A DNA stretch of 64,000 nt. Origin: Dehalococcoidia bacterium (GTDB lineage: Bacteria > Chloroflexota > Dehalococcoidia > UBA2979). Below, one piece after another: positions 15,054 through 27,802 of the stretch (position 1 is its first letter; each line of letters opens with the position of its first letter). Where the stretch lies: the NCBI GenBank assembly GCA_963667465.2, contig CAXXDN010000002.1, forward strand, positions 1,344,001 through 1,408,000. Reading direction: 5' to 3'. Made by a program: the position numbers and the translations under genes. The notes under the pieces are model-generated. The model was not told where the DNA came from. It did no database searches and saw only the letters and a list, made by a program, of their open reading frames with translations.

Positions 15054-16556
15054 TTGACGAATCCCGACACCCCGGAGCAGGCCGAGCCGTCGGCCGGCGC
15101 TCCCGCAGCAGTGGCCGAAGCCACACCACCGCCCCAGCCCGAACCGACGCCAGCACCCGCACCCGCTGCCGAGGAAGAGATCCTCGACATGGGCGCACTG
15201 CTCGACGCCGGCGAAGCGCCCGAACCGCGCCAGCTGCGCCGCGGCGAAGTGATCGAAGGCGCCGTCATGAGCATCGAGCGCGACGGCGTCCTGATCGACC
15301 TCGTCGACATCGGCTCCAAGTCCGAGGGCATCGTCCCCGTCCAGGAGATGCACTCGCTCGGCTCCGACCCGCTCTCGCGGCTCAGCATCGGCGAGAAGGT
15401 ACTCGCCTACGTGCAGCAGGCGGAGACCGAGGACGGCCAGGTCCAGCTCTCGATCGACCGCGCGCGCGGCGAACAGGGCTGGCGGATCCTGCAGGATCGC
15501 TTCGAAAGCGGCGAGATCTTCGAGGCGGAGATCACCGGCTTCAACAAGGGCGGCCTGCTCGCCAACGTCGAGGGCGTCAACACCTTCATCCCGATGTCGC
15601 AGGTTGTCGGCGCCAAGCCCGGCAGCGACGGCGCCAACCCGCTCTCCGACCAGGTCGGCCGCGTGCTGCGCATGAAGGTGATCGAGATCAACCGCCGCCG
15701 CAACCGCGCCATCCTCTCCGAGCGCGCCGCCATGCAGGAATGGCGCGCCGAGCAGAAGGAGCGCCTGCTGGGCGAGCTCACGGAGGGCGAAGTCCGTACC
15801 GGCAAGGTCACCTCGATCCGCAACTTCGGCGTCTTCGTCGACCTCGGCGGGGCCGACGGCCTCGCGCACCTCTCCGAGCTCTCCTGGGACCGCAACGCGG
15901 ACCCGGAGCAGCTCTTCAGCATCGGCCAGGAGATCGACGTCTTCGTCATGCGGATCGACCGCGAGAACAAGAAGATCGCGCTCTCCGTGCGCCGCGCCGC
16001 CCCCGAGCAGTGGCAGGACCTGATCGCCCGCTACGAGGTCGGCGACGTGGTGCCGGGCGTCGTCACCAAGGTCGTCGCCTTCGGCGCCTTCACACGCCTG
16101 CCCGGGCCCGTCGAGGGCCTCGCGCACGTCTCGGAGCTGGTCGACCGCCGGATCAACGCCCCCGACGAGATCCTCACCGAGGGCGACGTCGTGCCGCTCA
16201 AGATCGTGCGCATCGAGCACGACCGGCACCGCCTCGGGCTCTCGCTGCGCGAGGGCCGGCAGGAGGCCGAGATCCGCGGCTGGAGCTTCGATGACCACGG
16301 GCGCGTCATGGGCGTCGCCGACGAGGCGCGCGAGGAGTTCCCGAACGAGTGCGCCGCCGTCGAAGAGCGCTACACCGCGCGCCAGGCCGAGGCCGACGCG
16401 GAGCGCGAGGCTCGCTCCGAGGAGCGCAGCCGCCGCGGTGGCGGCGCCGACCAGGGCGCCCCGCGCCGCCCCGAGGCCCCGCCGATGACCGCGATGGCTG
16501 CTGCCATGAAGCAGGCGCAGGAGGAGCTCGCCTCCCAGGAGTCCACAGAGGACTAG
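15054..16556 (+). CDS. rpsA: 30S ribosomal protein S1 (four S1 domains with low-complexity termini)
   Basis: DIGSKSEG, NKGGL, FGVFVDLGGADGLAHLSELSW, FGAF..EGLAHVSEL. Confidence 0.9.
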   Translation: MTNPDTPEQAEPSAGAPAAVAEATPPPQPEPTPAPAPAAEEEILDMGALLDAGEAPEPRQLRRGEVIEGAVMSIERDGVLIDLVDIGSKSEGIVPVQEMHSLGSDPLSRLSIGEKVLAYVQQAETEDGQVQLSIDRARGEQGWRILQDRFESGEIFEAEITGFNKGGLLANVEGVNTFIPMSQVVGAKPGSDGANPLSDQVGRVLRMKVIEINRRRNRAILSERAAMQEWRAEQKERLLGELTEGEVRTGKVTSIRNFGVFVDLGGADGLAHLSELSWDRNADPEQLFSIGQEIDVFVMRIDRENKKIALSVRRAAPEQWQDLIARYEVGDVVPGVVTKVVAFGAFTRLPGPVEGLAHVSELVDRRINAPDEILTEGDVVPLKIVRIEHDRHRLGLSLREGRQEAEIRGWSFDDHGRVMGVADEAREEFPNECAAVEERYTARQAEADAEREARSEERSRRGGGADQGAPRRPEAPPMTAMAAAMKQAQEELASQESTED

Positions 16557-16719
16557 CGCCACGCAGCCGGCGTCCTCGCAGCAAACAACACCGGCCGGTC
16601 CGCGAACCGGCCGGTAGCGAGCGTGACCGGCGATAGACGTAAGCGTACGGCCGCGGCGTCCAGCCTCGAACGCCGCTCGGGGCCGTGGTAGCCTTAATGC
16701 GCACGACGGGAGTGGCGGA

Positions 16720-19248
16720 ATGGCGGACCGGTTCGACAAATTCACCGAACGGGCCCGCCGTGTGCTCACCCTCGCCCAAGAGGAAGCGCAACGCTTCAAC
16801 CACAACTACATCGGCACCGAGCACCTGCTGCTGGGCCTCGTCCGCGAGGGCGACGGCGTGGCAGCCAAGGTGCTCTCCAACCTCGGCGTGGAGCTCAACA
16901 AGGTGCGCTCCGCCGTCGAGTTCATCATCGGTCGCGGCGATCGCACGACCAGCGGCGAGATCGGCCTGACCCCCCGCGCCAAGCGCGTGATCGAGCTGGC
17001 CGTCGACGAGGCGCGCCGCCTCAACCACTCCTACATCGGCACCGAACACCTGCTGCTCGGCCTCGTCCGCGAGGGCGAAGGCATCGCGGCGGGCGTACTC
17101 GAGAGCCTCGGCGTGAACCTCGAGCGGGTGCGCGGCGAGACCACTCGCATCCTCGCGCAGACGCAGCCGCAGGGCGCTGCGGCGGCCGGCTCCGGCGGCC
17201 GCCAGTCGGCGCGCACGCCGACGCTCGACCAACTCGGCGTGGACCTCACCGCCGCCGCGCGCAGCAGCCAGCTCGACCCCGTGATCGGCCGCGAGCTGGA
17301 GATCGAGCGCGTCGTACAGATCCTCTCGCGCCGTACCAAGAACAACCCCGTGCTGATCGGCGAACCGGGCGTCGGCAAGACCTCGATCGCCGAGGGCCTG
17401 GCGCATCGCATCGTGCAGGGCGACGCGCCCGAGACGCTGCTTGGCAAGCGCATGCTCACGCTCGACATCGGCTCGCTCGTCGCCGGCACCAAGTACCGCG
17501 GCGAGTTCGAGGAGCGCCTCAAGAAGGTGATCGAAGAGATCCGCTCCGCGAAGAACTGCATCCTCTTCATCGACGAGCTGCACATGCTCGTCGGGGCCGG
17601 CGCCGCCGAGGGCGCCGTCGACGCCGCTAACATCCTCAAGCCCGCACTCGCCCGCGGCGAGTTGCAGGCGATCGGCGCGACGACCCTCGACGAGTACCGC
17701 AAGCACATCGAGCGCGACGCCGCGCTCGAGCGCCGCTTCCAGCCGGTGCGTGTCGACGAGCCCTCGACCGAGGAGACCGTCGAGATCCTCAAGGGCATCC
17801 GCGGGGCGTACGAGGAGCACCACAAGCTGCGCATCAGCGACGACGCGATCAAGGCCGCCGCCGAGCTGTCCGCACGCTACGTCTCCGACCGCTTCCTGCC
17901 GGACAAGGCGATCGACCTGATCGACGAGGCTTCGGCGCGCGTGCGCATTCGCCGCCACTCGACGCCGCCCTCCGTCCGCGACGCCACGAAGGGCCTTGAT
18001 GCGCTGCGCCGCGAGAAGGACCAGGCGATCGGCAGCCAGCAGTACGAGTACGCCGCCGAGCTGCGCGAGCGCGAGGTGCGCCTCCAGGCCAAACTTGAGG
18101 AGCTCGAGCAGGAGGTCCAGACCGAGCGCGAGAGCAGCGAGCTGATGGTCGGCGACGAGGACATCCGCGATGTCGTCTCGATGTGGACCGGCATCCCGCT
18201 GACCCGCATCGCCTCCGAGGAGACCGCGCGCCTGATCGAGATGGAGCAGTTCCTCCGCGACCGCGTGATCGGGCAGGACGAGGCGATCGGCGCCGTCGCG
18301 AAGGCCGTGCGCCGGGCGCGGGCGGGGCTCAAGAACCCGAAGCGCCCGATCGGCGTGTTCATGTTCCTCGGGCCGACCGGGGTGGGGAAAACCTACCTCG
18401 CCGAGACGCTCGCCGAGTTCATGTTCGGCTCGAAGGACAACATCGTCCGCCTCGACATGTCCGAGTTCATGGAGAAACACACCGTCTCGCGGCTCGTCGG
18501 TTCGCCACCCGGCTACGTCGGCTACGACGACGGCGGGCAGCTGACGGACCTGGTGCGGCGGCGCAGCTACTGCCTGATCCTCCTCGATGAGATCGAGAAG
18601 GCGCACCCGGACGTCTACAACATGCTGCTCCAGATCTTCGACGACGGGCACCTGTCCGACGCCAAGGGCCGCAAGGTGGACTTCCGCAACACCATCATCA
18701 TCCAGACCTCGAACGTCGGCTCCGACCTGATCCGCAAGGACAGCCGCTTCGGCTTCAACACGGCGACCGACGACGCCAAGACCGCCGAGCAGATGTACGA
18801 GCGGATGAAGGACAAGGTCACCGAGGAGATGAAGCGCGTCTTCCGGCCCGAGTTCCTCAACCGCATCGACCAGTCCGTCGTCTTCCACGCGCTCCAGGAG
18901 GAGCACATTCGAGAGATCGTGGACCTCGAACTGAAGGACGTGCGGGACAACCTCCGCGAGAAGGAGATCACGATCGAGGTCAGCAAGGCGCTGCTCGACT
19001 ACCTCGGCGAGAAGGGCTTCGACCCGGTCTTCGGCGCACGCCCGCTGCGTCGCGTCATCCAGAACGAGGTCGAAGATCGCCTCTCCGACGCACTCCTCGA
19101 AGGAGAGTTCTCCGAGGGCGCCACGATCCGCCTCGACTACGTCGACGGCGAGGTCACGGCGGAGCAGATCGCCAGCGCCCCCCCGCCGGAGCCTCCGCCG
19201 GAGCCCCCGGCGGAGGAGGAGGAGCAGGAGCCCGTCCTCACACCCTGA
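16720..19248 (+). CDS. clpC: ATP-dependent Clp protease ATP-binding subunit ClpC
   Basis: Two Clp-N repeats, [11 protein letters not shown]-like middle domain, [18 protein letters not shown]. Confidence 0.95.
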   Translation: MADRFDKFTERARRVLTLAQEEAQRFNHNYIGTEHLLLGLVREGDGVAAKVLSNLGVELNKVRSAVEFIIGRGDRTTSGEIGLTPRAKRVIELAVDEARRLNHSYIGTEHLLLGLVREGEGIAAGVLESLGVNLERVRGETTRILAQTQPQGAAAAGSGGRQSARTPTLDQLGVDLTAAARSSQLDPVIGRELEIERVVQILSRRTKNNPVLIGEPGVGKTSIAEGLAHRIVQGDAPETLLGKRMLTLDIGSLVAGTKYRGEFEERLKKVIEEIRSAKNCILFIDELHMLVGAGAAEGAVDAANILKPALARGELQAIGATTLDEYRKHIERDAALERRFQPVRVDEPSTEETVEILKGIRGAYEEHHKLRISDDAIKAAAELSARYVSDRFLPDKAIDLIDEASARVRIRRHSTPPSVRDATKGLDALRREKDQAIGSQQYEYAAELREREVRLQAKLEELEQEVQTERESSELMVGDEDIRDVVSMWTGIPLTRIASEETARLIEMEQFLRDRVIGQDEAIGAVAKAVRRARAGLKNPKRPIGVFMFLGPTGVGKTYLAETLAEFMFGSKDNIVRLDMSEFMEKHTVSRLVGSPPGYVGYDDGGQLTDLVRRRSYCLILLDEIEKAHPDVYNMLLQIFDDGHLSDAKGRKVDFRNTIIIQTSNVGSDLIRKDSRFGFNTATDDAKTAEQMYERMKDKVTEEMKRVFRPEFLNRIDQSVVFHALQEEHIREIVDLELKDVRDNLREKEITIEVSKALLDYLGEKGFDPVFGARPLRRVIQNEVEDRLSDALLEGEFSEGATIRLDYVDGEVTAEQIASAPPPEPPPEPPAEEEEQEPVLTP

Positions 19249-19272
19249 CTCCTCGCCTGAGTTCGCATACAC

Positions 19273-19304
19273 GAGGGCCGCCCGCTGGGCGGCCCTCGCT
19301 TCGT
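19273..19304 (+). terminator. Intrinsic terminator-like hairpin after clpC
   Basis: GAGGGCCGCCC-GCT-GGGCGGCCCTC. Confidence 0.6.
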
Positions 19305-19360
19305 CCCCATCCCCCGCGCGCGTTGCGTCCGATGCCTGATGGAAGCCTTCCGCCGCGCCG

Positions 19361-19807
19361 CTACCGGCGCTCCGCGACCCAGGCAGCGACCCGCCCGCCG
19401 CGCCTCCTCCTGCCGCCCGGCGAGCGGTACGCCGCCGGCCAACGCGATCCAGTGGTACTCGAAGCGCAGCCCCCGTTCGCTCGCGAAGCCGCGATGTTCG
19501 AAGCGCCAGGAGTCCGGCGGCGGCATCCCGGGCGTCGTCGCGAAGCAGTGCCAGCGCTGCGGCCCGGGCGTAGCCGAGCCCGGTACGTCCTCGTGATCGA
19601 GCGTCGCGGCCGCCTCCCAGCCCTCGACGGCGAGGCCGTTCTCCTCGAGCACCTCGCGCGCGACAGCCGCGAGCGGGGGCTCGGCGCGCGCCACCGTGCC
19701 GCCCGGAACCTGCAGTCCCGCCTCGGGCTGTTCGGCGTGCTCCAACACCAGCAACTCGAGGCCCGCTGCGCGCTCACGCAGCACGCACCCGTACGCCTTC
19801 TCGTCAT
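19361..19807 (-). pseudogene. NUDIX hydrolase with two apparent compensating frameshifts (pseudogene or sequencing error)
   Basis: Intact Nudix box GGTVARAEPPLAAVAREVLEENGL lies in a different frame from the ATG (19807) and the natural-looking stop (19361). Confidence 0.65.
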
Positions 19808-19823
19808 GGTCGCGGCCGCCGCG

Positions 19824-20981
19824 TCAGCGCTCCCGTGACCTCGCCTCGCCCGGACCTGGCGGCTCACCGAGGGGCAGGCGCGGCAGGGCGCGATGGGCGT
19901 AGATGCTCTGCAGCAGGCCGACGGCGAGGAAGGTTGCGATCAGCGAAGTACCGCCCTGGGAGATGAACGGCAACGGCAGGCCCGTCGCCGGGAAGAGGCG
20001 CACGTTCACCGCCATGTTGAGGATCGCCTGGCCCAGCAGCAGGGCGGTCAGCCCGGCCGCCAGCAGCCTCCCGAACGTGTCCGGTGCGTGGCGTGCGGCC
20101 TCGAACCCCCGCCAGCCAAGCAGCGCGAACAGCACGACCACGGTCAGCGTCCCGATCAGCCCCAGCTCCTCGCCGATCAGCGCGAACACGAAGTCGCTCG
20201 AACGCGCGAGGATGCCGTAGAGGTGCGACTCGCTGCCCCCGAACAGCCCGCTGCCGGTGGCGCCGCCCTCGGCGAGCGCGGTCTCTGCCTGGCGCAGGGT
20301 GTAGCCGGTCCCGAGCGGATCGCGCTCGGGGTTGAGGAACACCGCGATGCGTTCGCGCTGGTAGTCCGGAACCGCCAGCGCGTAGAGCAGCGGCATCACC
20401 CCCGCCAGTGTGGCAAACAGCCCGCCGAGCGTGCGCAGCGGCGCGCCCCAGACCAGGACCACGGCAAGCCAGCCGACGATCAGCACCAGCGTCGTGCCCG
20501 TGTCCGGCTGCGCCAGCACCGGCAGCGTCAGCGCTCCGAGCAGCCCGAGCGTGAACAGCAGGGCCGGAAGCCGCGGCGTCCTCGCGCTCGCGTACGAGGC
20601 GAGCGCGAGCACCAGCGCCAGCTTCGCCAGCTCCGAGGGCTGGAACGTGGCGCCCCCCACGTTGAGCCAGCGCCGCGCTCCGTACTCCGTCTCTCCGGCT
20701 ACGGCGGCGAGCAAGAGCAGCGCTATCGCGAGCAGGTAGAGCGCGGCGCTTCCCTGCCGCAGCAGCCGGTAGTCGAATCGCGCCGCGAAGACCATCGCCC
20801 CCATTCCCACAACGACGATCACCGCCTGGCGCAGGGCGGCAGGGGTCAGCAGCGGATGCGGCGGCTCGGCGAGGGTGGCCGAGTACACGCTGACCAGGCC
20901 CAACGAGGCGAGCACGAAGACGGCGGCCCAGAGCGAGACATCGCTGCGCTGGAGCGGTCCGGTCAGCGCTTCGCGGATCAT
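19824..20981 (-). CDS. rodA: Rod shape-determining protein RodA (SEDS family)
   Basis: GARRW, FQPSELAK, QPDTGT, PATGLPLPFISQGG; follows mrdA with ATGA overlap. Confidence 0.92.
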   Translation of the reverse strand: MIREALTGPLQRSDVSLWAAVFVLASLGLVSVYSATLAEPPHPLLTPAALRQAVIVVVGMGAMVFAARFDYRLLRQGSAALYLLAIALLLLAAVAGETEYGARRWLNVGGATFQPSELAKLALVLALASYASARTPRLPALLFTLGLLGALTLPVLAQPDTGTTLVLIVGWLAVVLVWGAPLRTLGGLFATLAGVMPLLYALAVPDYQRERIAVFLNPERDPLGTGYTLRQAETALAEGGATGSGLFGGSESHLYGILARSSDFVFALIGEELGLIGTLTVVVLFALLGWRGFEAARHAPDTFGRLLAAGLTALLLGQAILNMAVNVRLFPATGLPLPFISQGGTSLIATFLAVGLLQSIYAHRALPRLPLGEPPGPGEARSRER

Positions 20982-22933
20982 GGCTGCGCCCTCCCGACCG
21001 TGGCCGCCTGAGTCCCGTACCACTCATCCTCCGGGCTCACGTCCGTGCTGAAGTAGGCCGTGAGGATCTCCTTCGCGACCGGCCCGGCGTGCGTCGCGCC
21101 GACGCCATACTCGAGGTAGACGACAATCGCGACCTCGGGCTCGTCGTACGGCGCGAAGCCGCTGTACCAGCCGTGGGAGGCAAGCAAACCTTCGGCGTTC
21201 CTCTGGCCGAACTCGGCCGTACCGGTCTTGCCGCCGATCTCAATGCCCGCGGGCTCGCCGCGAAGCGCCGTCCCGCCCTCGTCGGCGGCTCGGCGCAGCG
21301 CCTCGCGGACCACTTCCAGGTGCCTGGCGTCGACGGGCACGGTGCCCGCGACCTGGCGCTCGAGCGGCACCATGCCGTCGAGGGTCCGTATCGCGCTCGC
21401 GACGCGGGGTACGAGCAGGTCGCCGCCGTTGGCGAGCGCGGCCGTCGCGACCGCCATCTGCAGCGGCGTGACTTCGAGGTAGCCCTGCCCGATCCCCAGG
21501 TTGTAGCTGTCGCCCAGCACCCACGGCTCGCCGATCACCTCTTCCTTCCAGGAAGCATCCGGGACGAGACCGGACGATTCGCCCGGGAGGTCCAGACCGG
21601 TCGGCGCTCCGAACCCGAACGCCCGCGCGTACTCGGCCACGCGCCCCACCCCCAGACCCTCGAACACCTCGCCGTCCTGGTCGTAGCCGCCGGCGAGGTA
21701 GTAGTAGTAGACGTCCGAGGAGCGCGTCAGTCCCGTGTAGAAGTCCAGCAGCCCGTGCGGCGCCCAGTCCCGGAACGTGTAGACGACCTCGGGGTCATAG
21801 ATGGAGCGGATCTGCAGGGCGCCGCTGCTGAAAATCCGGGTCGTGGGAGTGGCGACACCCTCCTGCAGTGCCGCCGCCCCGACGAACGGCTTGAAGATCG
21901 AGCCGGGCGCCGGCGCCTCCATGTAGGCGCGATGCACCAGCGGGCGGGCCGGGTCGTTCAGCAACGCGGCGATATCCTCGCCGCGGTTGTGCCAGGCGAA
22001 GGCGCTCGCGTCGTACGAGGGGTAGGTGGCCAGCGCCAGCAACTCGCCGCTGCGCACGTCCAGCAGCACCGCCGCTCCGGAGCGGGCGAGGTCCTCCGGG
22101 TTGCGGTTCTCGACATTGACGGCGTAATCGATGCCCTGCTCGATGCCCTTGCGGAGCGCTGCCGTCGCCGCGCGCTGCAGCTCCGAGTCGATGCTCAGCA
22201 CCAGGTCCACGCCGCCGCGCGCCGGGTCGGCGCCAAGGCTGCGCAGCTCGCGGCCGACGGGGTCCGAGATCACCAGCCGCTGCCCGTCCTCGCCACGCAG
22301 CTCGGACTCGTAGCTCAGCTCCACGCCCGCGCGCCCCACCTGCGCGTCGAGGCGGTATCCGTCCGCGAGGTAGGTTTCAGCCTGCTCGGCGGTGATCGGC
22401 CCCACGTAGCCGATCATGTGCGCCAGCAGGTCGCCGCCACCGTAGACGCGCCGGGGCGCCGTGCGCACCCGCGCGGCGGGCACGTCCGCAAGCGCGGCGC
22501 GCAGCGCGATCGCCTCCTCGCGGTCGAAGCCCTCGCGCAGCGTCAACGGTGCGAACGGATCGATCCCCGCGAGCGGCTGGGCGAGCGCGTCCTCGATCGC
22601 GGAGCGGGGCGCCAGGCCGATGCGCTCGATGGCGCGCAGCGCGTCCAGGCGCTCCGCAGGGTCGGCCGGCAGGTCGCCGGGCACGAGCGCCAGGGAGAAC
22701 GTGGCCACGTTGTACGCGAGGATCGAGCCGCGCCGATCGGTGATCAGTCCGCGCAGCGGCTCCACCGGGATGCTCCGTACGAACTCCCCGCTGACGGCGG
22801 CCTGTGGCGCATTCCGTGAAGCGGCGAGGGCGGGTACCTCGCCGTAGAGCTGGAGGCGGACGAGCTGCACGGCGAGCACCAGCAGCAACAGCGCGCCGAC
22901 GGCCTGTAGTGCCAACAGGCGCTGGTGGTTCAT
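20978..22933 (-). CDS. mrdA: Penicillin-binding protein 2
   Basis: SxxK (GSIFK), SSDVYYY, KTGTAE; RGLITDR N-terminus. Confidence 0.93.
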   Translation of the reverse strand: MNHQRLLALQAVGALLLLVLAVQLVRLQLYGEVPALAASRNAPQAAVSGEFVRSIPVEPLRGLITDRRGSILAYNVATFSLALVPGDLPADPAERLDALRAIERIGLAPRSAIEDALAQPLAGIDPFAPLTLREGFDREEAIALRAALADVPAARVRTAPRRVYGGGDLLAHMIGYVGPITAEQAETYLADGYRLDAQVGRAGVELSYESELRGEDGQRLVISDPVGRELRSLGADPARGGVDLVLSIDSELQRAATAALRKGIEQGIDYAVNVENRNPEDLARSGAAVLLDVRSGELLALATYPSYDASAFAWHNRGEDIAALLNDPARPLVHRAYMEAPAPGSIFKPFVGAAALQEGVATPTTRIFSSGALQIRSIYDPEVVYTFRDWAPHGLLDFYTGLTRSSDVYYYYLAGGYDQDGEVFEGLGVGRVAEYARAFGFGAPTGLDLPGESSGLVPDASWKEEVIGEPWVLGDSYNLGIGQGYLEVTPLQMAVATAALANGGDLLVPRVASAIRTLDGMVPLERQVAGTVPVDARHLEVVREALRRAADEGGTALRGEPAGIEIGGKTGTAEFGQRNAEGLLASHGWYSGFAPYDEPEVAIVVYLEYGVGATHAGPVAKEILTAYFSTDVSPEDEWYGTQAATVGRAQP

Positions 22934-23475
22934 TCGAACAACCTCCACGGCGCGTCGCTATCGACGGCCGGTCGCCAGCGTAGCGCCCACCCGCCGCCGG
23001 CGAGGACGACCGCGAGCACAAGAGCGGCCGCGGCGGTCCAGGTTACCCCCTCGAACAGCTGGTTCTGCTGATCGGCGGAGAGCGCGCCGAGACCGCTCGA
23101 GAAGCGCATCAGCGCCTGGAACGCGACGGCGCCGAGCGCCGCCGCCACGGGCGCCAGCAGCAGTCGCTCCCAGCGGCGCAAGGCGGTGGCGGGGATCAGC
23201 AGCGCCGCGGTGGGGAGCATCGCAAGCAGGAACCAGCCCGCGCGCTCCTCAGAGGCGACGCCCAGCACGATCGCGGCGAGAATCGTCGCGGCGATGACCT
23301 CGCCGAAGCCGCGCGCGGCGCCCCAGCCCGCGATCAGGACCAGCGGCAACACGGGCGCAGCCAGCGGTTGATCGATCCAGATCGGCGTCGACCCGAGTTG
23401 CAGCAGCGCCGCGCCAACGCCGAGCAGCGTGGCCACGCAGGCGAACGCGAGCCGGAACAGCAGAATCCCGGTCAT
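22930..23475 (-). CDS. mreD: Probable MreD-like membrane protein
   Basis: Multi-TM protein between mreC and mrdA; call rests mainly on position. Confidence 0.6.
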   Translation of the reverse strand: MTGILLFRLAFACVATLLGVGAALLQLGSTPIWIDQPLAAPVLPLVLIAGWGAARGFGEVIAATILAAIVLGVASEERAGWFLLAMLPTAALLIPATALRRWERLLLAPVAAALGAVAFQALMRFSSGLGALSADQQNQLFEGVTWTAAAALVLAVVLAGGGWALRWRPAVDSDAPWRLFE

Positions 23476-23479
23476 GGTG

Positions 23480-24313
23480 TCACTTGTCCGTCCCCGTCGC
23501 CGACGCCGTCCGCGATTGCTCCGTGATCACGAGCACGTGATCGAGCCGGTCGTACGTCGCGAGCGGTTCGACCCGGATGTCGGCGAACAGGTCCTGCCCG
23601 CTGCGGTCCACCTCCGTCACGAGGCCGGCGAGCAGTCCGCCTGGCAGCCCGCCGATCAGCGCCGAGGTCATCACGAGGTCGCCCTCGCTGATCGGCGCCG
23701 CGATCGGTGCGAACTCGAGCCGCAGGCCCTCGCGGCTACCGGTGAGCGCGGTCTGCGTTCGCGTGGACTGCACGACCGCGGCGATCGCGGATTGCGGATC
23801 GCTCAGCAGCCGCACACGCGCGCGCTGGTCCTGCACAGAGGACACGACCCCGATCAGCGTGGCGCCGCTGCCGAGTACGGCCTGCCCCTTGCGCACGCCG
23901 TCGCGCGCGCCCCGGTCGATCACGATCACGTCGCGGCCGGGCGCCGGATCGCGCAGCACGACCACAGCGGCGAGCGTGGAGCCGACATCCTCGGCGCCCG
24001 CGGCGGCCCGCAGATCGGCCAGTTGCCCGCTCGTGATGACGGACTCGCGGAGCCTCGCGTTCTCGCCCTCGAGGCGGGCGATCTGCTGACGCAGCGCGGC
24101 GTTCTCGCTGCTCAGCTCCTGCACGCGGCCGCCGTGCTGGGCGGCGTCGGAGATGCTGCGGGCGATGTTGGTGGCGGCCCCGATGAACGGCGCGACGATC
24201 AGGCCGCCGCGCTCCTCGATTCCCGCGGCGCCCTGCGCCCGCGAGCCCGCGAGCAGGGCGCCTGCCAGCGTCAGGAGTGCGATCAGCCAGAAGGCGTGGC
24301 GTAGAACGGCCAC
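23480..24313 (-). CDS. mreC: Rod shape-determining protein MreC
   Basis: Coiled coil (ENAALR...ENARLR), IDRGARDGV, GDLVMTS, GLLAG. Confidence 0.88.
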   Translation of the reverse strand: MAVLRHAFWLIALLTLAGALLAGSRAQGAAGIEERGGLIVAPFIGAATNIARSISDAAQHGGRVQELSSENAALRQQIARLEGENARLRESVITSGQLADLRAAAGAEDVGSTLAAVVVLRDPAPGRDVIVIDRGARDGVRKGQAVLGSGATLIGVVSSVQDQRARVRLLSDPQSAIAAVVQSTRTQTALTGSREGLRLEFAPIAAPISEGDLVMTSALIGGLPGGLLAGLVTEVDRSGQDLFADIRVEPLATYDRLDHVLVITEQSRTASATGTDK

Positions 24314-24468
24314 GAGTGCGCCCTCCGCACGATCCGATCAGTGTTGAGGAGTCCGGACCGCGCCGAGATCAGATCGTCAGCTGCGGCAGATACGTGGTGT
24401 CGGCGCCTGTCCACCCGGCCATTCCGAGTCTAGCAGATCGCGCCCCTGGCCCGTCCCGCCGGTGCTCG

Positions 24469-25533
24469 CTACCGCACCGGCCGGCGCTGGCTGATCCGCG
24501 CCTGTACCTTGCGCAGCGTCTCGGCTTCCTCGAGGGTCTCGGCGCAGCCGCGCACGACCGAGCGGAGCGGGTCCTGGGCCACGTAGGTGGGGTAGCGCGT
24601 CTCGGCGGAGATTCGCCGATCGAGACCGCGCAGCATCGCGCCCCCGCCCGCCATCGCGATGCCATGCAGCATCAGGTCTGCAACCAGCTCGGGCGGCGTC
24701 TGCTCGATCGTCGCCTGCACCGCGTGGACGATCTCGCTCGTGATCGGCGAGAGCGCGTCCCGCACCTCGACCGTCGAGACCTCCACGGACTTCGGCAGCC
24801 CGGTCGCGAGGTCGCGCCCCCGCAGGTCGACGCGACCTTCATCCTCGAGCGGGTAGGCGGAACCGGCCTCGATCTTGACCGACTCGGCGCTGCGTTCGCC
24901 GATCAGCATGTTGTGGACCTGCCGCGCGTACTGCATCAGCGCGTGGTCCATCGCGTCCCCCGCTGCCCGCACCGACGTCGAGACCACGATGCCGCCGAGG
25001 GCGATCACGGCGACCTCGGTGGTGCCGCCGCCGATGTCGACGATCATCTGACCGGCGGGGTTCATGACCGGCAGCTTCGATCCGATCGCGGAGGCCATCG
25101 GCTCCTCGATCAGGAAGCAGGAGCGTGCGCTGGCGGCGATCGCCGCGTCATGGACGGCGCGCTTCTCCACCTCGGTCGCGCCGGACGGAATGCCGACCAC
25201 CACGCGCGGCTTCGGGATGCCGATCCCGAAGCGCTCGTGCACCTGGCGGATGAAGTGCTGAAGCATCCGCTCCGTCACCGAGAAGTCGGAGATCACGCCG
25301 TCGCGCAGCGGCCGCACCGCTACGATCGTCGAGGGCGTGCGCCCGACCATCAGCTTCGCCTCGTCGCCAATCGCGAGCACGCGCTTCGACACCGTGTCGA
25401 TCGCGACCACGGACGGCTCGTCGACCACGATGCCGCGCCCGCGCACGGAAACCAGTGTGTTGGCGGTGCCGAGGTCGATGCCGATGTCGTGCGAGAAGAT
25501 GCCGAGGAAGCTCGACAACGGGTTGAAGGCCAC
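24469..25533 (-). CDS. mreB: Actin-like MreB
   Basis: IGIDLGTANT, EPSVVA, RPLRDGVI, VDIGGGTTE; GTG start after AAGGGGA. Confidence 0.95.
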   Translation of the reverse strand: MAFNPLSSFLGIFSHDIGIDLGTANTLVSVRGRGIVVDEPSVVAIDTVSKRVLAIGDEAKLMVGRTPSTIVAVRPLRDGVISDFSVTERMLQHFIRQVHERFGIGIPKPRVVVGIPSGATEVEKRAVHDAAIAASARSCFLIEEPMASAIGSKLPVMNPAGQMIVDIGGGTTEVAVIALGGIVVSTSVRAAGDAMDHALMQYARQVHNMLIGERSAESVKIEAGSAYPLEDEGRVDLRGRDLATGLPKSVEVSTVEVRDALSPITSEIVHAVQATIEQTPPELVADLMLHGIAMAGGGAMLRGLDRRISAETRYPTYVAQDPLRSVVRGCAETLEEAETLRKVQARISQRRPVR

Positions 25534-25686
25534 GAGGGGTCCCCTTTTCGCGGCGTTCATCCCGAATGTGCCAACGCGCGCTCTCCCCGCGCGTTGCGAG
25601 GGGAGCGGCCAGCGGGGCCCCGCCGCAGGCGCCCGCAGCCTCAGTATAGCCATACGCGGCGCGCCTTGTGGACAAGTCGTCGGGGA

Positions 25687-27765
<2,079 letters not shown>

Positions 27766-27802
27766 CTAGAATCGGATCAGCTGCACTGAGGAGACCCGGA
27801 AC

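Noticed and set aside
16306-19272. Very long antisense ORFs (988 aa here; also 24277-27474, 40413-43127, 838-3018 and others)
   Set aside because: Shadow frames opposite well-conserved genes; stops are rare in high-GC DNA and the translations have no motifs.
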